From assembly GCA_963715115.1 (NCBI GenBank), contig CAVQRE010000004.1, positions 4,647 through 68,646 of the forward strand: 64,000 nt of DNA, read 5' to 3'. The stretch comes from an uncultured Thermoleophilia bacterium. GTDB lineage: Bacteria > Actinomycetota > Thermoleophilia > Gaiellales > Gaiellaceae. Under the pieces are notes generated by a model. The model saw only the letters and a program-made list of their open reading frames with translations, was not told where the DNA came from and did not search any database. Positions 52,509 to 63,602 of this stretch are shown one piece after another. Position 1 is the stretch's first letter. Every line of letters starts with the position of its first letter. The position numbers and the translations under genes were made by a program.

Positions 52509-53013
52509 GCAGTCGCACCTCGCCGATCCGGTCGCCCAGCTGCCGCGGCGGGAAGAGCCTCCGCACCAGTGCGTAGATGGGCAGCGTCAGCACCAGGTTC
52601 AGGAGCAGTGCCAGCGGCAGGCCGTCGGCAACGGAGCCGGCCGGGGCAGGCTCGCCGAGCATGAACTGCAACAGCACCTGGCCGAACGCGAAGAGAACGG
52701 TGACGACGGCGACGGACAGGAACGGCGCATGGAAACGGTCGCGCGCGGTCGTCTCGCCGTACCGGCCGATCCAGAAGCCTGCGACCGTCAGGAGAAGCGA
52801 CGTCACGCCGAGCGTCCCGAGCGTCGCCGTGTCGAGCAGCAGCCCGGTGCCGAAGCCGGCGACGGCTCCGAACACCGAGCCCCGCAGCAGGGCGATCGAG
52901 AGCAGCGCAACCAGCACGATGCTCGCGCTCCGAAACGCGGCGTACTCGGTGAGCACGGCGACCTGGATGATCGCGGCGACGAACAGGACGACTGCAGCCT
53001 TGATGCCGTCCAT
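52501..53013 (-). CDS. mreD: rod shape-determining protein MreD
   Basis: A 170-aa polytopic membrane protein in the canonical position between mreC and mrdA. Confidence 0.8.
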   Translation of the reverse strand: MDGIKAAVVLFVAAIIQVAVLTEYAAFRSASIVLVALLSIALLRGSVFGAVAGFGTGLLLDTATLGTLGVTSLLLTVAGFWIGRYGETTARDRFHAPFLSVAVVTVLFAFGQVLLQFMLGEPAPAGSVADGLPLALLLNLVLTLPIYALVRRLFPPRQLGDRIGEVRLLG

Positions 53014-53933
53014 CAGGGTTTTCGGACGAGCACGATCACCGACTGCACCGACGAGAAGTCGACGAACGGCCGAAGTTGGATGCTGTGGTATGGGTCGATG
53101 TCGTTGTCGCTCTCGCTCGTCACGACGCCGATCGGGATCCCGCGCGGGAACATCGACGGCAACGCGTCGGAGCCGAGCGTCCCGGCGGTCATGATCACGT
53201 CGCCGACGCCGACATAGCTCGACTTCTGCACGTTGTCGACGACCAGTGTGTTGTTCCCGCTGCCGCTCGACACGATGCCGACCGAGGTCGGATGGCCAGC
53301 GTCGGCGGCGTTGACGTTGCTGTCACCGTCGGTGAGCAGCCGCACACGTGCGACGCTTGGATAGGAGCGGTCGACGACTCCGACGAGCCCGTCCGGGGTT
53401 CGCACGACGTCACCGGCTGCGACACCGTCGTTCGAACCGGCGGCGATCGTCAACGTCTGTTCGAGGGCGTTCTGCGGATTGGTCAGCACCTCGGCGTGGA
53501 CCTTCGCGAAGTTCGCCTCGGTCGGCGCGGCGTGGTAGTCGAGCTCGCGCTTGAGGTACGCGTTCTCCTTGAGCGCCGACTCGCTCCGGATCAGCTGCTG
53601 CAGCAACTGCTCGTTCTGCTTACGCAGAGCGGCGTTCTGGGACTTCGCGTCGGCGAGGCCGTGCAGCCAACCCGCGGCATCACGAAACGGGCGTGCGACA
53701 CGGTCTGCGCCGACCTCGAACGGGCGCAGAACCCCTGCTGCGCTGCCCTGCACACCGTCGAGCGCCGACGACCGGAACGAGATCGTGATCAACACGAACG
53801 AGAGCAGGATGAGACCGGCCACAACGATCCGGCGCTTGACGGCGCCTGAGCGGTTCGATGGGTAGCCGGGAGTCGCGGCGCGCTGGACGGAGGAGCCCAG
53901 GACCGCGACACGGACGGTCCGGTTGCGTGGCAC
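53013..53933 (-). CDS. mreC: rod shape-determining protein MreC (start uncertain)
   Basis: TM anchor RRIVVAGLILLSFVLITISF, coiled coil (LRKQNEQLLQQL...LKENAYLKREL) and beta-barrel domains (GDVVRTPDGLVGVV, MFPRGIPIGVV). The GTG at 53933 is the first plausible start in an ORF that continues upstream. Confidence 0.85.
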   Translation of the reverse strand: MPRNRTVRVAVLGSSVQRAATPGYPSNRSGAVKRRIVVAGLILLSFVLITISFRSSALDGVQGSAAGVLRPFEVGADRVARPFRDAAGWLHGLADAKSQNAALRKQNEQLLQQLIRSESALKENAYLKRELDYHAAPTEANFAKVHAEVLTNPQNALEQTLTIAAGSNDGVAAGDVVRTPDGLVGVVDRSYPSVARVRLLTDGDSNVNAADAGHPTSVGIVSSGSGNNTLVVDNVQKSSYVGVGDVIMTAGTLGSDALPSMFPRGIPIGVVTSESDNDIDPYHSIQLRPFVDFSSVQSVIVLVRKP

Positions 53934-54011
53934 CTGGCCCGTGAGTGTAGCCGGTCGGTTTGCGGATCCCGCCTGCTTACAGACAGGAACGACAGTGCGG
54001 AGCGTACTCCA

Positions 54012-54272
54012 GGCCCGCGGGTTGTCGATCTCACGCCCCTTGCGCAATTCCGCGACGGCGGCCAGGAACGTCTCCTGCGTCAGGTCTTCGGCGGTCGCGA
54101 CGGATCCACCGCAGCGGTGCAGCAGGTAGCCGTACACCTGCGGCAAGACCTCGTCGTAGAACGAGCGAAAGGACTCCGGATCAGGCCCGAGCGGTCGCGG
54201 GCGAGCCGGCGTCGTCTCCGTGATCACCGACAGCTCGAGCACTAGCGAATCGACCGCGGACGCATCTGACAA
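54012..54272 (-). pseudogene. ECF sigma-70 region-2 fragment, in frame with and upstream of mreC
   Basis: FRSFYDEVLPQVYGYLLHRCGGSVATAEDLTQETFLAAVAELRKGREIDNPRAW matches Sigma70_r2. No region 4 follows in any frame, and there is no stop before mreC. Confidence 0.55.
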
Positions 54273-54806
54273 CTATGTCGCTTCGAGCGCCTCGATTCCG
54301 TCGCCGGGCCAGGCATCCCGGTGCAAGACGTGCACCCACAGCTCGCCCCACCGACTCGGGATCCGCTCGAGCAGCCGGAATCCGAGCTTCGCCATCACTC
54401 GACGGGACGCGGTGTTCGCCTCGGTGGTGATCGAGACGACACGCGGGAAGCCGAGATCGCCGAACGCCCATGCGATCACGGCGGCGCCCGCCTCGGTCGC
54501 GATCCCGCGCCCCCACCACGCCGGGGCGACCGCCCAGCCGACCTCCGGATCGTGCGGCCAGACGGAGTGGAACGCCGGGCCGGTGCGGCCGATCAGCTCG
54601 CCGGTCTCCGCCCACTCGATGCCGAGCGATCCGAAGCCGTGCTCGTCCCAGTGCCGTCGCCAGCGGTCGAAAACCTCGTCGCTCTGCGCCCGCGTGTGCG
54701 GGCCGCCGAGATGCTCCGTGAACACGATGTCCGCATTCCAGCGCGCAACCGTCTCCCGGTCTTCTTCTCGAAAACGACGGAGGCGAAGCCGCCCGGTCTC
54801 GATCAC
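54273..54806 (-). CDS. GNAT N-acetyltransferase (RimJ/RimL-like)
   Basis: IETGRLRLRRFREED and WGRGIATEAGAAVIAWAF...RVVSIT...N.AS.RVMAKLGF. The GTG overlaps the upstream stop (GTGA). Confidence 0.8.
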   Translation of the reverse strand: MIETGRLRLRRFREEDRETVARWNADIVFTEHLGGPHTRAQSDEVFDRWRRHWDEHGFGSLGIEWAETGELIGRTGPAFHSVWPHDPEVGWAVAPAWWGRGIATEAGAAVIAWAFGDLGFPRVVSITTEANTASRRVMAKLGFRLLERIPSRWGELWVHVLHRDAWPGDGIEALEAT

Positions 54807-55743
54807 AACGTCACGACTGCCGTCGTCAGTGTGAGCACCGGGACGAAACCGAGCTTCCGGTTCACGGCCAGGATCGCGTCGTTCTGCTCGGCGTTCTGCG
54901 TCCCAACACGCTCGATGTCGGGCCGATCGGCGCGCAGCCGGCGCAGACTCTCGAGCTTGACGGACACTGCCAGGCCCCGTCGCCGCGCGCTCGGGACCGT
55001 CGCGGTGTCGTCGGTGTGCACGATTCTCGCGCCGACGGCGTCCGGTACCTGCATGCCCGTCAGCGCGAGAACCTCTCCGTCCTCGAGCGCGACGGTCACG
55101 TGCTGCGGCACGGCGCGCGCGATCCACCTCTGCTCGTCCAGTCGCTGCTCGTCGATCGTCCACCGCGGCATGGCGAGCCCGCCCGGCACCGGGGCGTCCG
55201 CCATCGCGTTGCGTGCGCGCACGAGCGACTCGAGTAGCTCGTCGGGCGCGGCACCGATCCACGACCGCAACTCGACGCCGAGCGGCAGCTTCGGTTCCGG
55301 GAGGTCCGCGGTACGCAGGTCGAGCACCGACACCACGTGGCGCTGGTCGTCGACCGCGCCCAGCGCGCGCGGCGAATGCGGCTCCGTCCGGCGTCGCGTG
55401 CTCGCCGAAGAACGACCGGACGCCGTCCTCGCGCGCCGCTGCGACGAGCGTGCCGAACAGAGCCTTCCCGATGCCGCGGCGGCGGAACGACGGTCGCACC
55501 AGCACTGACCCGACGACGAGCGATGCCGCCGTAGTTGGACAGGGCCCCGACACCTGTCGGCTCCCCGCCTTCGGTCGCGAGCCAGCGCCTCCGGCTCGCC
55601 GTCCCGGGATGACGGTACGAGGCGATCGCCGCGGCCAGCGGGCGCGGCCCCTCATCGAGGTTGTGCGGATCCGCCTCGCTCTCGACGCAGGTGGAGGGCA
55701 GCGAGTTTCGACTCGGCCGCCGTCCGCCCGTCGACCTCCTCGA

Positions 55744-55747
<4 letters not shown>
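54803..55747 (-). CDS. two-domain GNAT acetyltransferase; frame breaks
   Basis: The N-terminal domain motif is VLVRPSFRRRGIGKALFGTLVAAAREDG. The intact C-terminal 177 aa carry TVPSARRRGLAVSVKLESL...N.AILAVNRKLGF. The GTG overlaps the mreB stop (GTGA). Confidence 0.6.
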
Positions 55748-56832
<1,085 letters not shown>

Positions 56833-56837
56833 CTAGC

Positions 56838-57647
56838 TTGCCGCTCTCCGCATTGATCCTGGCGCTCGGGAGCGCCGCGTTGCACGCCGCGTGGAACCTG
56901 CTGCTGGGTCGAGCGCGAGACGTGCAGGCAGCCGCGGCGACGACGTTCGTGATCTCGGTCGCCGTCGCACTGCCGTTTGCGCTGATCTGGTGGCACGCGG
57001 AGCCTTCGGTCTGGCCGTGGGCTCTCGCCTCCAGCCTGCTCGAGGTGGTCTACGTGATCGCGCTCGCGCTCGCCTACCGGATCTCGGAGGTCTCGTTCGT
57101 CTACCCGGTGACACGAGGACTGGCGCCGTTGCTCGCCCTCGGTTTCGCCGTCGCCGTCCTCGGCCACGGCGTGTCGGCGGCGGAGGTCGCCGGGGTGATC
57201 TGCGTCGCGGTCGGCGTCGTCGGCGTCCGGGGCCGCCCAGGTCACGGCGACGCACTCGCACTGCTGCTCACGGTGACGATCGCCGCGACCATCGCCGGCT
57301 ACACGCTCGTCGATCGCGTCGGGATCCAGCGCGCCGGCGCGCTCACGTACTTCGTTCTCACGCTCGCGTTGCCGTGCCTCGTCTATCCGCCGCTCGTCGG
57401 TGCGCGGGCAATGCGTCGTGAGCTCGGTGTCAACGTCGGTCTCGCCGGGCTCGCAAATCTCGGCTCGTTCTCGCTCGGTCTGCTCGCTCTTCGGCATGCG
57501 AGTGCCGCGTCGGTGCTCGCGGTTCGCTCGACGTCGGTGGTGATCGCGACCGTGCTCGCCGGACGCGTGCTCGCTGAGCGGGTGTCGCGAGTGCGCCTGG
57601 CGGGATCGCTGTTCGTGTTCGCGGGGATCGTGCTGCTGGCGACCTAG
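56838..57647 (+). CDS. EamA/DMT-superfamily transporter
   Basis: The TTG start gives a 269-aa protein with about 9-10 TM helices and a duplicated EamA-like architecture. Confidence 0.75.
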   Translation: MPLSALILALGSAALHAAWNLLLGRARDVQAAAATTFVISVAVALPFALIWWHAEPSVWPWALASSLLEVVYVIALALAYRISEVSFVYPVTRGLAPLLALGFAVAVLGHGVSAAEVAGVICVAVGVVGVRGRPGHGDALALLLTVTIAATIAGYTLVDRVGIQRAGALTYFVLTLALPCLVYPPLVGARAMRRELGVNVGLAGLANLGSFSLGLLALRHASAASVLAVRSTSVVIATVLAGRVLAERVSRVRLAGSLFVFAGIVLLAT

Positions 57648-58183
57648 AAGCGCTCTGCGAGCAGACGGACGAGCAGCGCCCCGGGCAGGCCGACCACGTT
57701 CAGGTAATCGCCGTCGATCCGCTCCACGAGTGTCGCGCCGTAGCCCTGGATCGCGTACGCACCTGCGCGCCCCTCCCATTCACCGCTCGCGAGGTAGCGC
57801 CGCCGGTCCTCGGGGGTCAACGGGCGGAAGGTCACGCGTGTGGTCTCCGCATGCAGGTCTTCCCACACATCGGTACGGAGACACAGACCCGATACAACCT
57901 CGTGCACGCGGCCCGACAGGGTCGCGAGCATCGCGTCGGCCTCCGCGACGTCCGCCGGCTTGCCGATCACGTCTCCCGCGCACACGACGACGGTGTCGAC
58001 CCCGAGCACAGGCCGGCCGGCGCCGTCGACCGAGCGCGCCTTGCCGGCGGCATGCGCGACCGGATCGCCACCGGGCTCCTCGACGTACCGAGGCGCAACG
58101 ATCTCGAACGGGATCCGGAGCTGCTCGAGGATCGCGCGGCGCTGCGGCGACGTGGAGGCGAGCAGCAGCGCCGGCGCGCTCAC
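57644..58183 (-). CDS. maf: Maf-like nucleoside triphosphate pyrophosphatase
   Basis: LLLASTSPQRRAILEQL...GVDTVV...GKP...A...L......H.V.SG....GAYAIQG. The GTG overlaps the upstream stop (GTGA). Confidence 0.9.
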   Translation of the reverse strand: MSAPALLLASTSPQRRAILEQLRIPFEIVAPRYVEEPGGDPVAHAAGKARSVDGAGRPVLGVDTVVVCAGDVIGKPADVAEADAMLATLSGRVHEVVSGLCLRTDVWEDLHAETTRVTFRPLTPEDRRRYLASGEWEGRAGAYAIQGYGATLVERIDGDYLNVVGLPGALLVRLLAERF

Positions 58184-58941
58184 ACCCGCTTCCGGACGAC
58201 CCAGATCTCCTCGCAGGGCCACTGCTTCGCCCACTCGGCGGACACATACGAGTAGTACGGATGGGTCTCGGCATCCGCGGGGGCCTGGATCTCGACGAGC
58301 CGCTCGATCTCGAAGCCGTTCGCGCGCAGCAGGTCGATCCACTCGCCGTGGCCGAGGTGGAACTCGACGCCGTCTTCCGGCCACTCGATCCGATGTAGAC
58401 CGAACTGCGGCCGCTGCAGCGTCTCCTTGGCCGGCTCGTCGTCGTCCGAGCAGAGGATCACCAGCGTCGAGTTGCGCAGGAACACGAGCCGCCCACCTGG
58501 ACGCAGCAGGCGCGCCGCCTCCGGGATCCAGCGGTACGGGTCGACCCAGATCGACGCGCCGTATTCGGAGACGACGAGATCGAAGCTCGCCGCCTGGAGC
58601 CCGGTCTCGGCCGCGTCGGCCTCGATCAGCGGGAACTCGATCCCGGTCTCCGCCATCATCCGTCGAGCCGTCTCGAGCTGGGCCGGCGTCACGTCGACAC
58701 CGACCGGCCGCGCGCCGAGCTTCGCGAGCCAGGCAGAGAAGTACGCGGTGCCGCATCCAAGTTCGCAGACATCGAGCCCGCCGACGTCTCCGAGCACGTT
58801 CAGCTCGGACTCGTCGATGCCCCAGATGCCCCAGCTGACCTCGTCGAGCGCCCAGTTCGCCTGGGCGCTGTCGTTTGTGTGCTCGCGGTTGGTCTCGGTC
58901 CAGAGCGCGCGGTTCTTCGCCGCGTCGCTACGCCAGTCCAT
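58180..58941 (-). CDS. class I SAM-dependent methyltransferase
   Basis: The SAM motif I is VCELGCGTAYFSAWLA, with the post-I acidic residue in GVDVTP and LLRPGGRLVF. The start is an internal ATG (MDWRSDAAKN). Confidence 0.8.
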   Translation of the reverse strand: MDWRSDAAKNRALWTETNREHTNDSAQANWALDEVSWGIWGIDESELNVLGDVGGLDVCELGCGTAYFSAWLAKLGARPVGVDVTPAQLETARRMMAETGIEFPLIEADAAETGLQAASFDLVVSEYGASIWVDPYRWIPEAARLLRPGGRLVFLRNSTLVILCSDDDEPAKETLQRPQFGLHRIEWPEDGVEFHLGHGEWIDLLRANGFEIERLVEIQAPADAETHPYYSYVSAEWAKQWPCEEIWVVRKRV

Positions 58942-59344
58942 CGGGGAACCAGAGCCCGATCTCGCGTGAGGCCGACTCGGGCGAGTCGGAGCCGTGCACC
59001 AGGTTGTTCGGCATCGCGAGCGCGTACGTCCCACGAAGCGAGCCCGGTTTCGCCTCGGCCGGATTCGTGGCACCGATCGTGACGCGGCACGTGGCGACCG
59101 CCCCCTCGCCCTCGAACACCATCGCCAGGGTCGGCCCCGACGTGATGAACTCGACGAGCTCCCCGAAGAACGGCTTCTCGCGGTGCTCGGCGTAGTGCTC
59201 CTCGCCGAGCGAGCGCGAGGCGGTCACCAGCCGGGCCGCGCGAAGCGTCAAGCCGCGACGCTCGAAGCGGGCCATGATCTCGCCGGCGAGGCTGCGCCCG
59301 ACCGCATCGGGCTTGGCGAGGATGAGCGTCTGTTCGACGGCCAT
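58928..59344 (-). CDS. ndk: nucleoside-diphosphate kinase
   Basis: TLILAKPDAV..., the GATNP motif and the NLVHGSDS active-site His context. Intact 138 aa. Confidence 0.95.
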   Translation of the reverse strand: MAVEQTLILAKPDAVGRSLAGEIMARFERRGLTLRAARLVTASRSLGEEHYAEHREKPFFGELVEFITSGPTLAMVFEGEGAVATCRVTIGATNPAEAKPGSLRGTYALAMPNNLVHGSDSPESASREIGLWFPDGLA

Positions 59345-59357
59345 TGGGCGGACGATG

Positions 59358-59879
59358 CTAGCGCGAGCCGCGAGCCTGCCGCGCAGGTCGCTTCGCCTCG
59401 ACCACCTTCGTCCCCGCCTCGTCGTGCTCGATCGGCGTCTGGCAGTACGGGCAGACCTGCCAGAGGGGCTCGAGCGGACGGTTGCAGCTGACGCACGCCT
59501 GCCGCAGCTTCGTGGTGCAGATCGGACAGACGAGGAAGTCCTCGTCCACCTCGGCCCGGCAGACCGGACAGCGAAGGTCGCGACCGCCCAGCCGCTTCTC
59601 CATCGCCTTGATCTCGAGCTCCCGCTCGCGGACGTCCTCGAGGTACTCGGGCGGACGGAAGAGCATGTAGATCAGCGGACCGATGAACGGGACGACGCCC
59701 AGGGCGGTCGCAACGCCGACCAGCAGCTTGTCGTCGATCCGGCGTCGCGCGTCCTTGAACACCCAGTAGATCGTCGCGATCCAGAACACGATCACGAAGA
59801 AGACCAGGAGGTTCCTGATCACGTACCAGGTCGACGAGTGGAAGAAGTCGTGGACACTGCTGAAGGCTGATGCGGTCAC
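59358..59879 (-). CDS. membrane protein with C-terminal double zinc ribbon
   Basis: Two TM helices, then CPVCRAEV....CPICTTKL...CVSCNRPL....CPYCQ (four CxxC pairs). Confidence 0.6.
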   Translation of the reverse strand: MTASAFSSVHDFFHSSTWYVIRNLLVFFVIVFWIATIYWVFKDARRRIDDKLLVGVATALGVVPFIGPLIYMLFRPPEYLEDVRERELEIKAMEKRLGGRDLRCPVCRAEVDEDFLVCPICTTKLRQACVSCNRPLEPLWQVCPYCQTPIEHDEAGTKVVEAKRPARQARGSR

Positions 59880-59998
59880 AGCAGGATCCGACCTAACGCG
59901 TACCCAGCCGCGAACGCCGCGCCGACGAAGATCGCAAGCACCGCGAGTGCGAAGAGGAAGACGCTGATCCGCTCACCGCGCCGAGCCATCGTATGCAT
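59876..59998 (-). CDS. 40-aa single-TM micro-protein
   Basis: MHTMARRGERISVFLFALAVLAIFVGAAFAAGYALGRILL. Its stop overlaps the next start. It sits between folC and ndk, where actinobacteria often carry a small membrane ORF. Confidence 0.3.
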   Translation of the reverse strand: MHTMARRGERISVFLFALAVLAIFVGAAFAAGYALGRILL

Positions 59999-59999
59999 T

Positions 60000-61049
60000 T
60001 CACCGGTCGCCAGACAGGTCGGCAAGCAGGTATAGCGAGCCCGTGACGAGCACCGGCCCACCCAGTGCCCGCGCCCGCGCGATCGCACCCTCCGGGTCTT
60101 CGGCCGTCTCGACCGAGGCGAACCACCGCCGGGCGTGGGCGGCGAGGTCGTTCGCGGGGAGGGAGCGAGGGTTCGACGACCTGGTCGCGACCAGGGTGCT
60201 GCCCGCGCGCGCGAGCCGCTCGAGGATGGCATCGACGTCCTTGTCGGCGAGGATCGACGCGACGACGACGTAGCTCCCGGCGTCCGGCAGCCGGGCGAGC
60301 AGCCAATCGACCGCATCAGGCGTGTGTGCCCCGTCGCGCACCTCGCCGTTCGCGCGCAGCTCGAGGCGCCCTGGAAGCGCGGCGACGGCGGCGCGCGCGA
60401 CCGGTCGGCCGAGGAACGCCTCGACGGCTTCACGGGCACCGCCGTACTGCACCTCCCCCGCCGGAACGAGAGCGGAGAACTCCGCGTCCGGTAGAACCAC
60501 GACCTCGGCGGCATGCGCGACGGCGAGCTTCTCACCTGCGATCGCCTCCCGCGTCGTGCCGAGCACGTCGGTGTGCTCGAGACCGATGTTCGTCAGCAGC
60601 ACGACTCGCGCGTCGACGACGTTCGTCGCGTCGTAGCGCCCTCCGAGCCCCGCCTCGATCGCCGCCGCCTCGACACCGCGTGCGGCGAAGTCGGTCAGCG
60701 CTGCCGCGGTCAGGACCTCGAACTGCGTCGCCCCCACCGCCTGGGCCTGGGAGCGGACGCGCTCGAGAGCCGCCTCGAGGCCGGGCTCGTCGGTCTCGAG
60801 GCGCTCGTGCCAGCCGGACACGTGCGGCGAGGTGTAGGCCGCCGCGGCCACTCCCTCCGAGCGCAAGGTGGCAGCGATCGTCCTCGCGGCGGTCGACTTG
60901 CCCTTCGTCCCGACGACGTGGAGCGACGCGTACGCCCGTTGCGGGTCGCCGAGCGACTCGAGCAGCGCACGGATCCGCCCGAGCCCGAAACCGTCCGCCG
61001 GCCAGGGCGAGAGCGACTCGAGCCAGCGCAGGGTCGTGGGGCCAGCCAC
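60000..61049 (-). CDS. folC: bifunctional folylpolyglutamate synthase / dihydrofolate synthase
   Basis: Starts at GTG. The P-loop HVVGTKGKSTAA, the motifs AAIEAGLGGRYDATN and GLEHTD, and Mur-ligase C-domain features support the call. Confidence 0.9.
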   Translation of the reverse strand: MAGPTTLRWLESLSPWPADGFGLGRIRALLESLGDPQRAYASLHVVGTKGKSTAARTIAATLRSEGVAAAAYTSPHVSGWHERLETDEPGLEAALERVRSQAQAVGATQFEVLTAAALTDFAARGVEAAAIEAGLGGRYDATNVVDARVVLLTNIGLEHTDVLGTTREAIAGEKLAVAHAAEVVVLPDAEFSALVPAGEVQYGGAREAVEAFLGRPVARAAVAALPGRLELRANGEVRDGAHTPDAVDWLLARLPDAGSYVVVASILADKDVDAILERLARAGSTLVATRSSNPRSLPANDLAAHARRWFASVETAEDPEGAIARARALGGPVLVTGSLYLLADLSGDR

Positions 61050-61163
61050 CGTTACGAGAGTGTCGCGAACAATCCACAGGCAGGGGCGACGAGCGTCGTT
61101 TGCAGGGAAAAGCGCAGCGACCCGCGGGAGGGCGCCGGTGCCAGGCGTCGTTTACGGGAGCGC

Positions 61164-63590
61164 TTACGGGCCGCCGATCGCGTCCAGTTCGCGGCGGTAG
61201 CGCTCGAGCTTCTCGCGCTCGCCCGCGACCACCTCCGCCGGGGCGTTCTGGACGAACCGCTCGTTCGCGAGCATCGCCTCGGAACGGGTGATCTCCGCAC
61301 GCAGCCTGGCCTGCTCGGCCTCGACCTGGCCGTCCGCGGTCGGCGGGGCGCGGTCGGGCCGGACCACGGCCGCGAAGATCCGCTCCTCGTCGCCCGCGAG
61401 CCTCGGCACCACGCCGGACCGGCGGAACACCTGGGCCGCTTCCTGCACGCGGGCGAGCGCTCCAGCCTCCTCGTCGCCGCCCGCCTCCGGCCAGGCCGCG
61501 GCGAGCAATCGCGACGAGCGCGCCGGCAGGTGCGTCCAGATCTCCTCGGTCACGTGCGGCATCAACGGGTGCAGCAGCTTCAACAGCCGCTCGAGCGCCG
61601 CCGTCGCCGTCGCCCGCGCGTCGGTGTCGCCGTCGTACAGGCGCGCCTTCACCGCCTCGAGGTACCAGTCGCAGAAATCGTCGAAGGTGAGGTGGTACAG
61701 CTCGTCCGTGACGTGCGCGAAGTCGAACTCCGCGAGCAGACGCTCGACCTCGCGTTGCGACTGTGAGAGCCGCGCGAGGAGCCAGCGCTCCTCGAGCGAC
61801 GCCGGGCGCTCCTCCGGCAGCGCCCCCTCGCACGCGGTGACGATGAGACGCGCAGCGTTCCAGAGCTTGTTCGCGAGCTTTGCCCCCTCCTCGATCGCCG
61901 CGTACGAGAAACGCACGTCCTGCGTCAGGGAGTTCTTGAGCAGGCCGTACCGAGTCGCGTCCGTGCCGTAGCGCTCGATCAGCTCGAGCGGGTCGATTCC
62001 CGTTCCGAGCGATTTCGACATGCGACGACCATCGGGCGCGAGCACGGTCGAATGGATGACGACGTCGGTGAACGGCACCTGCTCGAGCAACTCGAGCCCG
62101 GAGAAGATCATCCGGTTCTCCCAGAGACGGATGATCTCGCGCGCGGTCGTCTGCAGGTTCCCCGGATAGAAGTAGCGAAGGTCGTCCGTGTCATCGGGCC
62201 AACCGAGCGTCGCGAACGGCCAGAGCGCCGAGGAGAACCACGTATCGAGCACGTCGGTCTCGCGCCGGAGCGAAGTCGAGCCGCATTCAGCACACGCCGA
62301 CGGCGCGGTCTCCTCGACCGTCACGTGGCCATCCGGGCAATACCAGACCGGCAGCTGGTGGCCCCACCAAAGCTGCCGTGAGACGCACCAGTCCGGCGCG
62401 TTCTCGAGCGAGTCGATTGCGAAGCGATGCTGGCTCTCGGGGTGGTAGCGCACATCACGGTTGCGGAGCGCCTCGAGCGGGCGGCGCTTGAGCTCCTCCA
62501 TCGAGCACCACCACTGCAGCGAGATCAGCGGCTCGATGCGATTCTCGCAGCGCTCGCAGAGCGCGACGCTGTGCCGATAGTGCTCGCGCCTCTCGAGCTG
62601 TCCGCGCTCCTTCAGCCAGTCGAGGATCCTCGCCTCGGCCTCCGCCTGCGTCAGCCCGTCGAGCCCGTCGACGCCGCTGAGGCGGCCGTCAGGCCCGATG
62701 CACATCGGCTCCGGCAGCCCGTGATCGCGGCCGATCTCGAAGTCGGTCGGATCGTGACCCGGCGTGATCTTCAATGCGCCCGTGCCGAACTCGCGCTCTA
62801 CGCGCTCGTCGGCAATCACCGGTACCCGCCGTTCGACCCACGGCACCACGACCTCGCGGCCGACCAGGTGACGATAGCGGTCGTCGTCAGGATGCACCGC
62901 GACCGCAACGTCGGCAGGAATCGTCGCCGGACGAACGGTCGCGATCGGGATGTAGCCGTCGCCGTCTGCGAGCGGGTAGCGAATCGTCGACAGCGTGTCG
63001 TCCACGTCGACGTGGACGAGCTCGAGGTCGGAGAGCGACGTCTGGTGATACGGGCACCAGTTGATGATCCGATTGGCGCGATAGATCCAGCCACGCCGGT
63101 ACAGATGCACGAAGAACCGCATGACCGCGCGGATGTAGTCGTCGTCCATCGTGAAACGCGTGCGCCGGTAGTCGAGCGACGCGCCCATGCGCCGGAACTG
63201 CACGAGGATCTTGCCGCCGTACTCGTGCAGCCATTCCCACACGCGCTCCTCGAAGCGCTCACGACCGAGCTCCTGACGCGACGTCCCTTCGGCGATCAGC
63301 GCCTTCTCGACGACGTTCTGCGTCGAGATTCCGGCGTGGTCGTAGCCGGGCTGGAACAACACGTTGTAGCCCTGCATTCGCTTGTAGCGCACGACCGTGT
63401 CGCCCAGCGCGAGCTGAAGTGCGTGCCCGGTGTGCAGCTCACCCGTCACGTTCGGCGGTGGATGCGCATCGACGTACGGCGTTCGCGACGGGTCGGGATC
63501 AGCGGCGTAAAGGCCCTCGGACTCCCAGGTCGCCTGCCAGCGTTCCTCGACGCCCTGGGGCTCGTACCGCGGGTCCATCCCTGCGCTCAT
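61164..63590 (-). CDS. valS: valine--tRNA ligase
   Basis: Intact 808-aa ORF with HIGH-type PPNVTGELHTGHA, the KMSKS motif RMSKSLG, a CP1 editing domain and a C-terminal coiled coil. Confidence 0.97.
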   Translation of the reverse strand: MSAGMDPRYEPQGVEERWQATWESEGLYAADPDPSRTPYVDAHPPPNVTGELHTGHALQLALGDTVVRYKRMQGYNVLFQPGYDHAGISTQNVVEKALIAEGTSRQELGRERFEERVWEWLHEYGGKILVQFRRMGASLDYRRTRFTMDDDYIRAVMRFFVHLYRRGWIYRANRIINWCPYHQTSLSDLELVHVDVDDTLSTIRYPLADGDGYIPIATVRPATIPADVAVAVHPDDDRYRHLVGREVVVPWVERRVPVIADERVEREFGTGALKITPGHDPTDFEIGRDHGLPEPMCIGPDGRLSGVDGLDGLTQAEAEARILDWLKERGQLERREHYRHSVALCERCENRIEPLISLQWWCSMEELKRRPLEALRNRDVRYHPESQHRFAIDSLENAPDWCVSRQLWWGHQLPVWYCPDGHVTVEETAPSACAECGSTSLRRETDVLDTWFSSALWPFATLGWPDDTDDLRYFYPGNLQTTAREIIRLWENRMIFSGLELLEQVPFTDVVIHSTVLAPDGRRMSKSLGTGIDPLELIERYGTDATRYGLLKNSLTQDVRFSYAAIEEGAKLANKLWNAARLIVTACEGALPEERPASLEERWLLARLSQSQREVERLLAEFDFAHVTDELYHLTFDDFCDWYLEAVKARLYDGDTDARATATAALERLLKLLHPLMPHVTEEIWTHLPARSSRLLAAAWPEAGGDEEAGALARVQEAAQVFRRSGVVPRLAGDEERIFAAVVRPDRAPPTADGQVEAEQARLRAEITRSEAMLANERFVQNAPAEVVAGEREKLERYRRELDAIGGP

Positions 63591-63602
63591 CGGAGCCGCA
63601 CG

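Noticed and set aside
50487-52664. A 725-aa plus-strand ORF overlapping mrdA and mreD
   Set aside because: It is antisense to an intact PBP2 with SxxK and KTG motifs. It is a shadow ORF.
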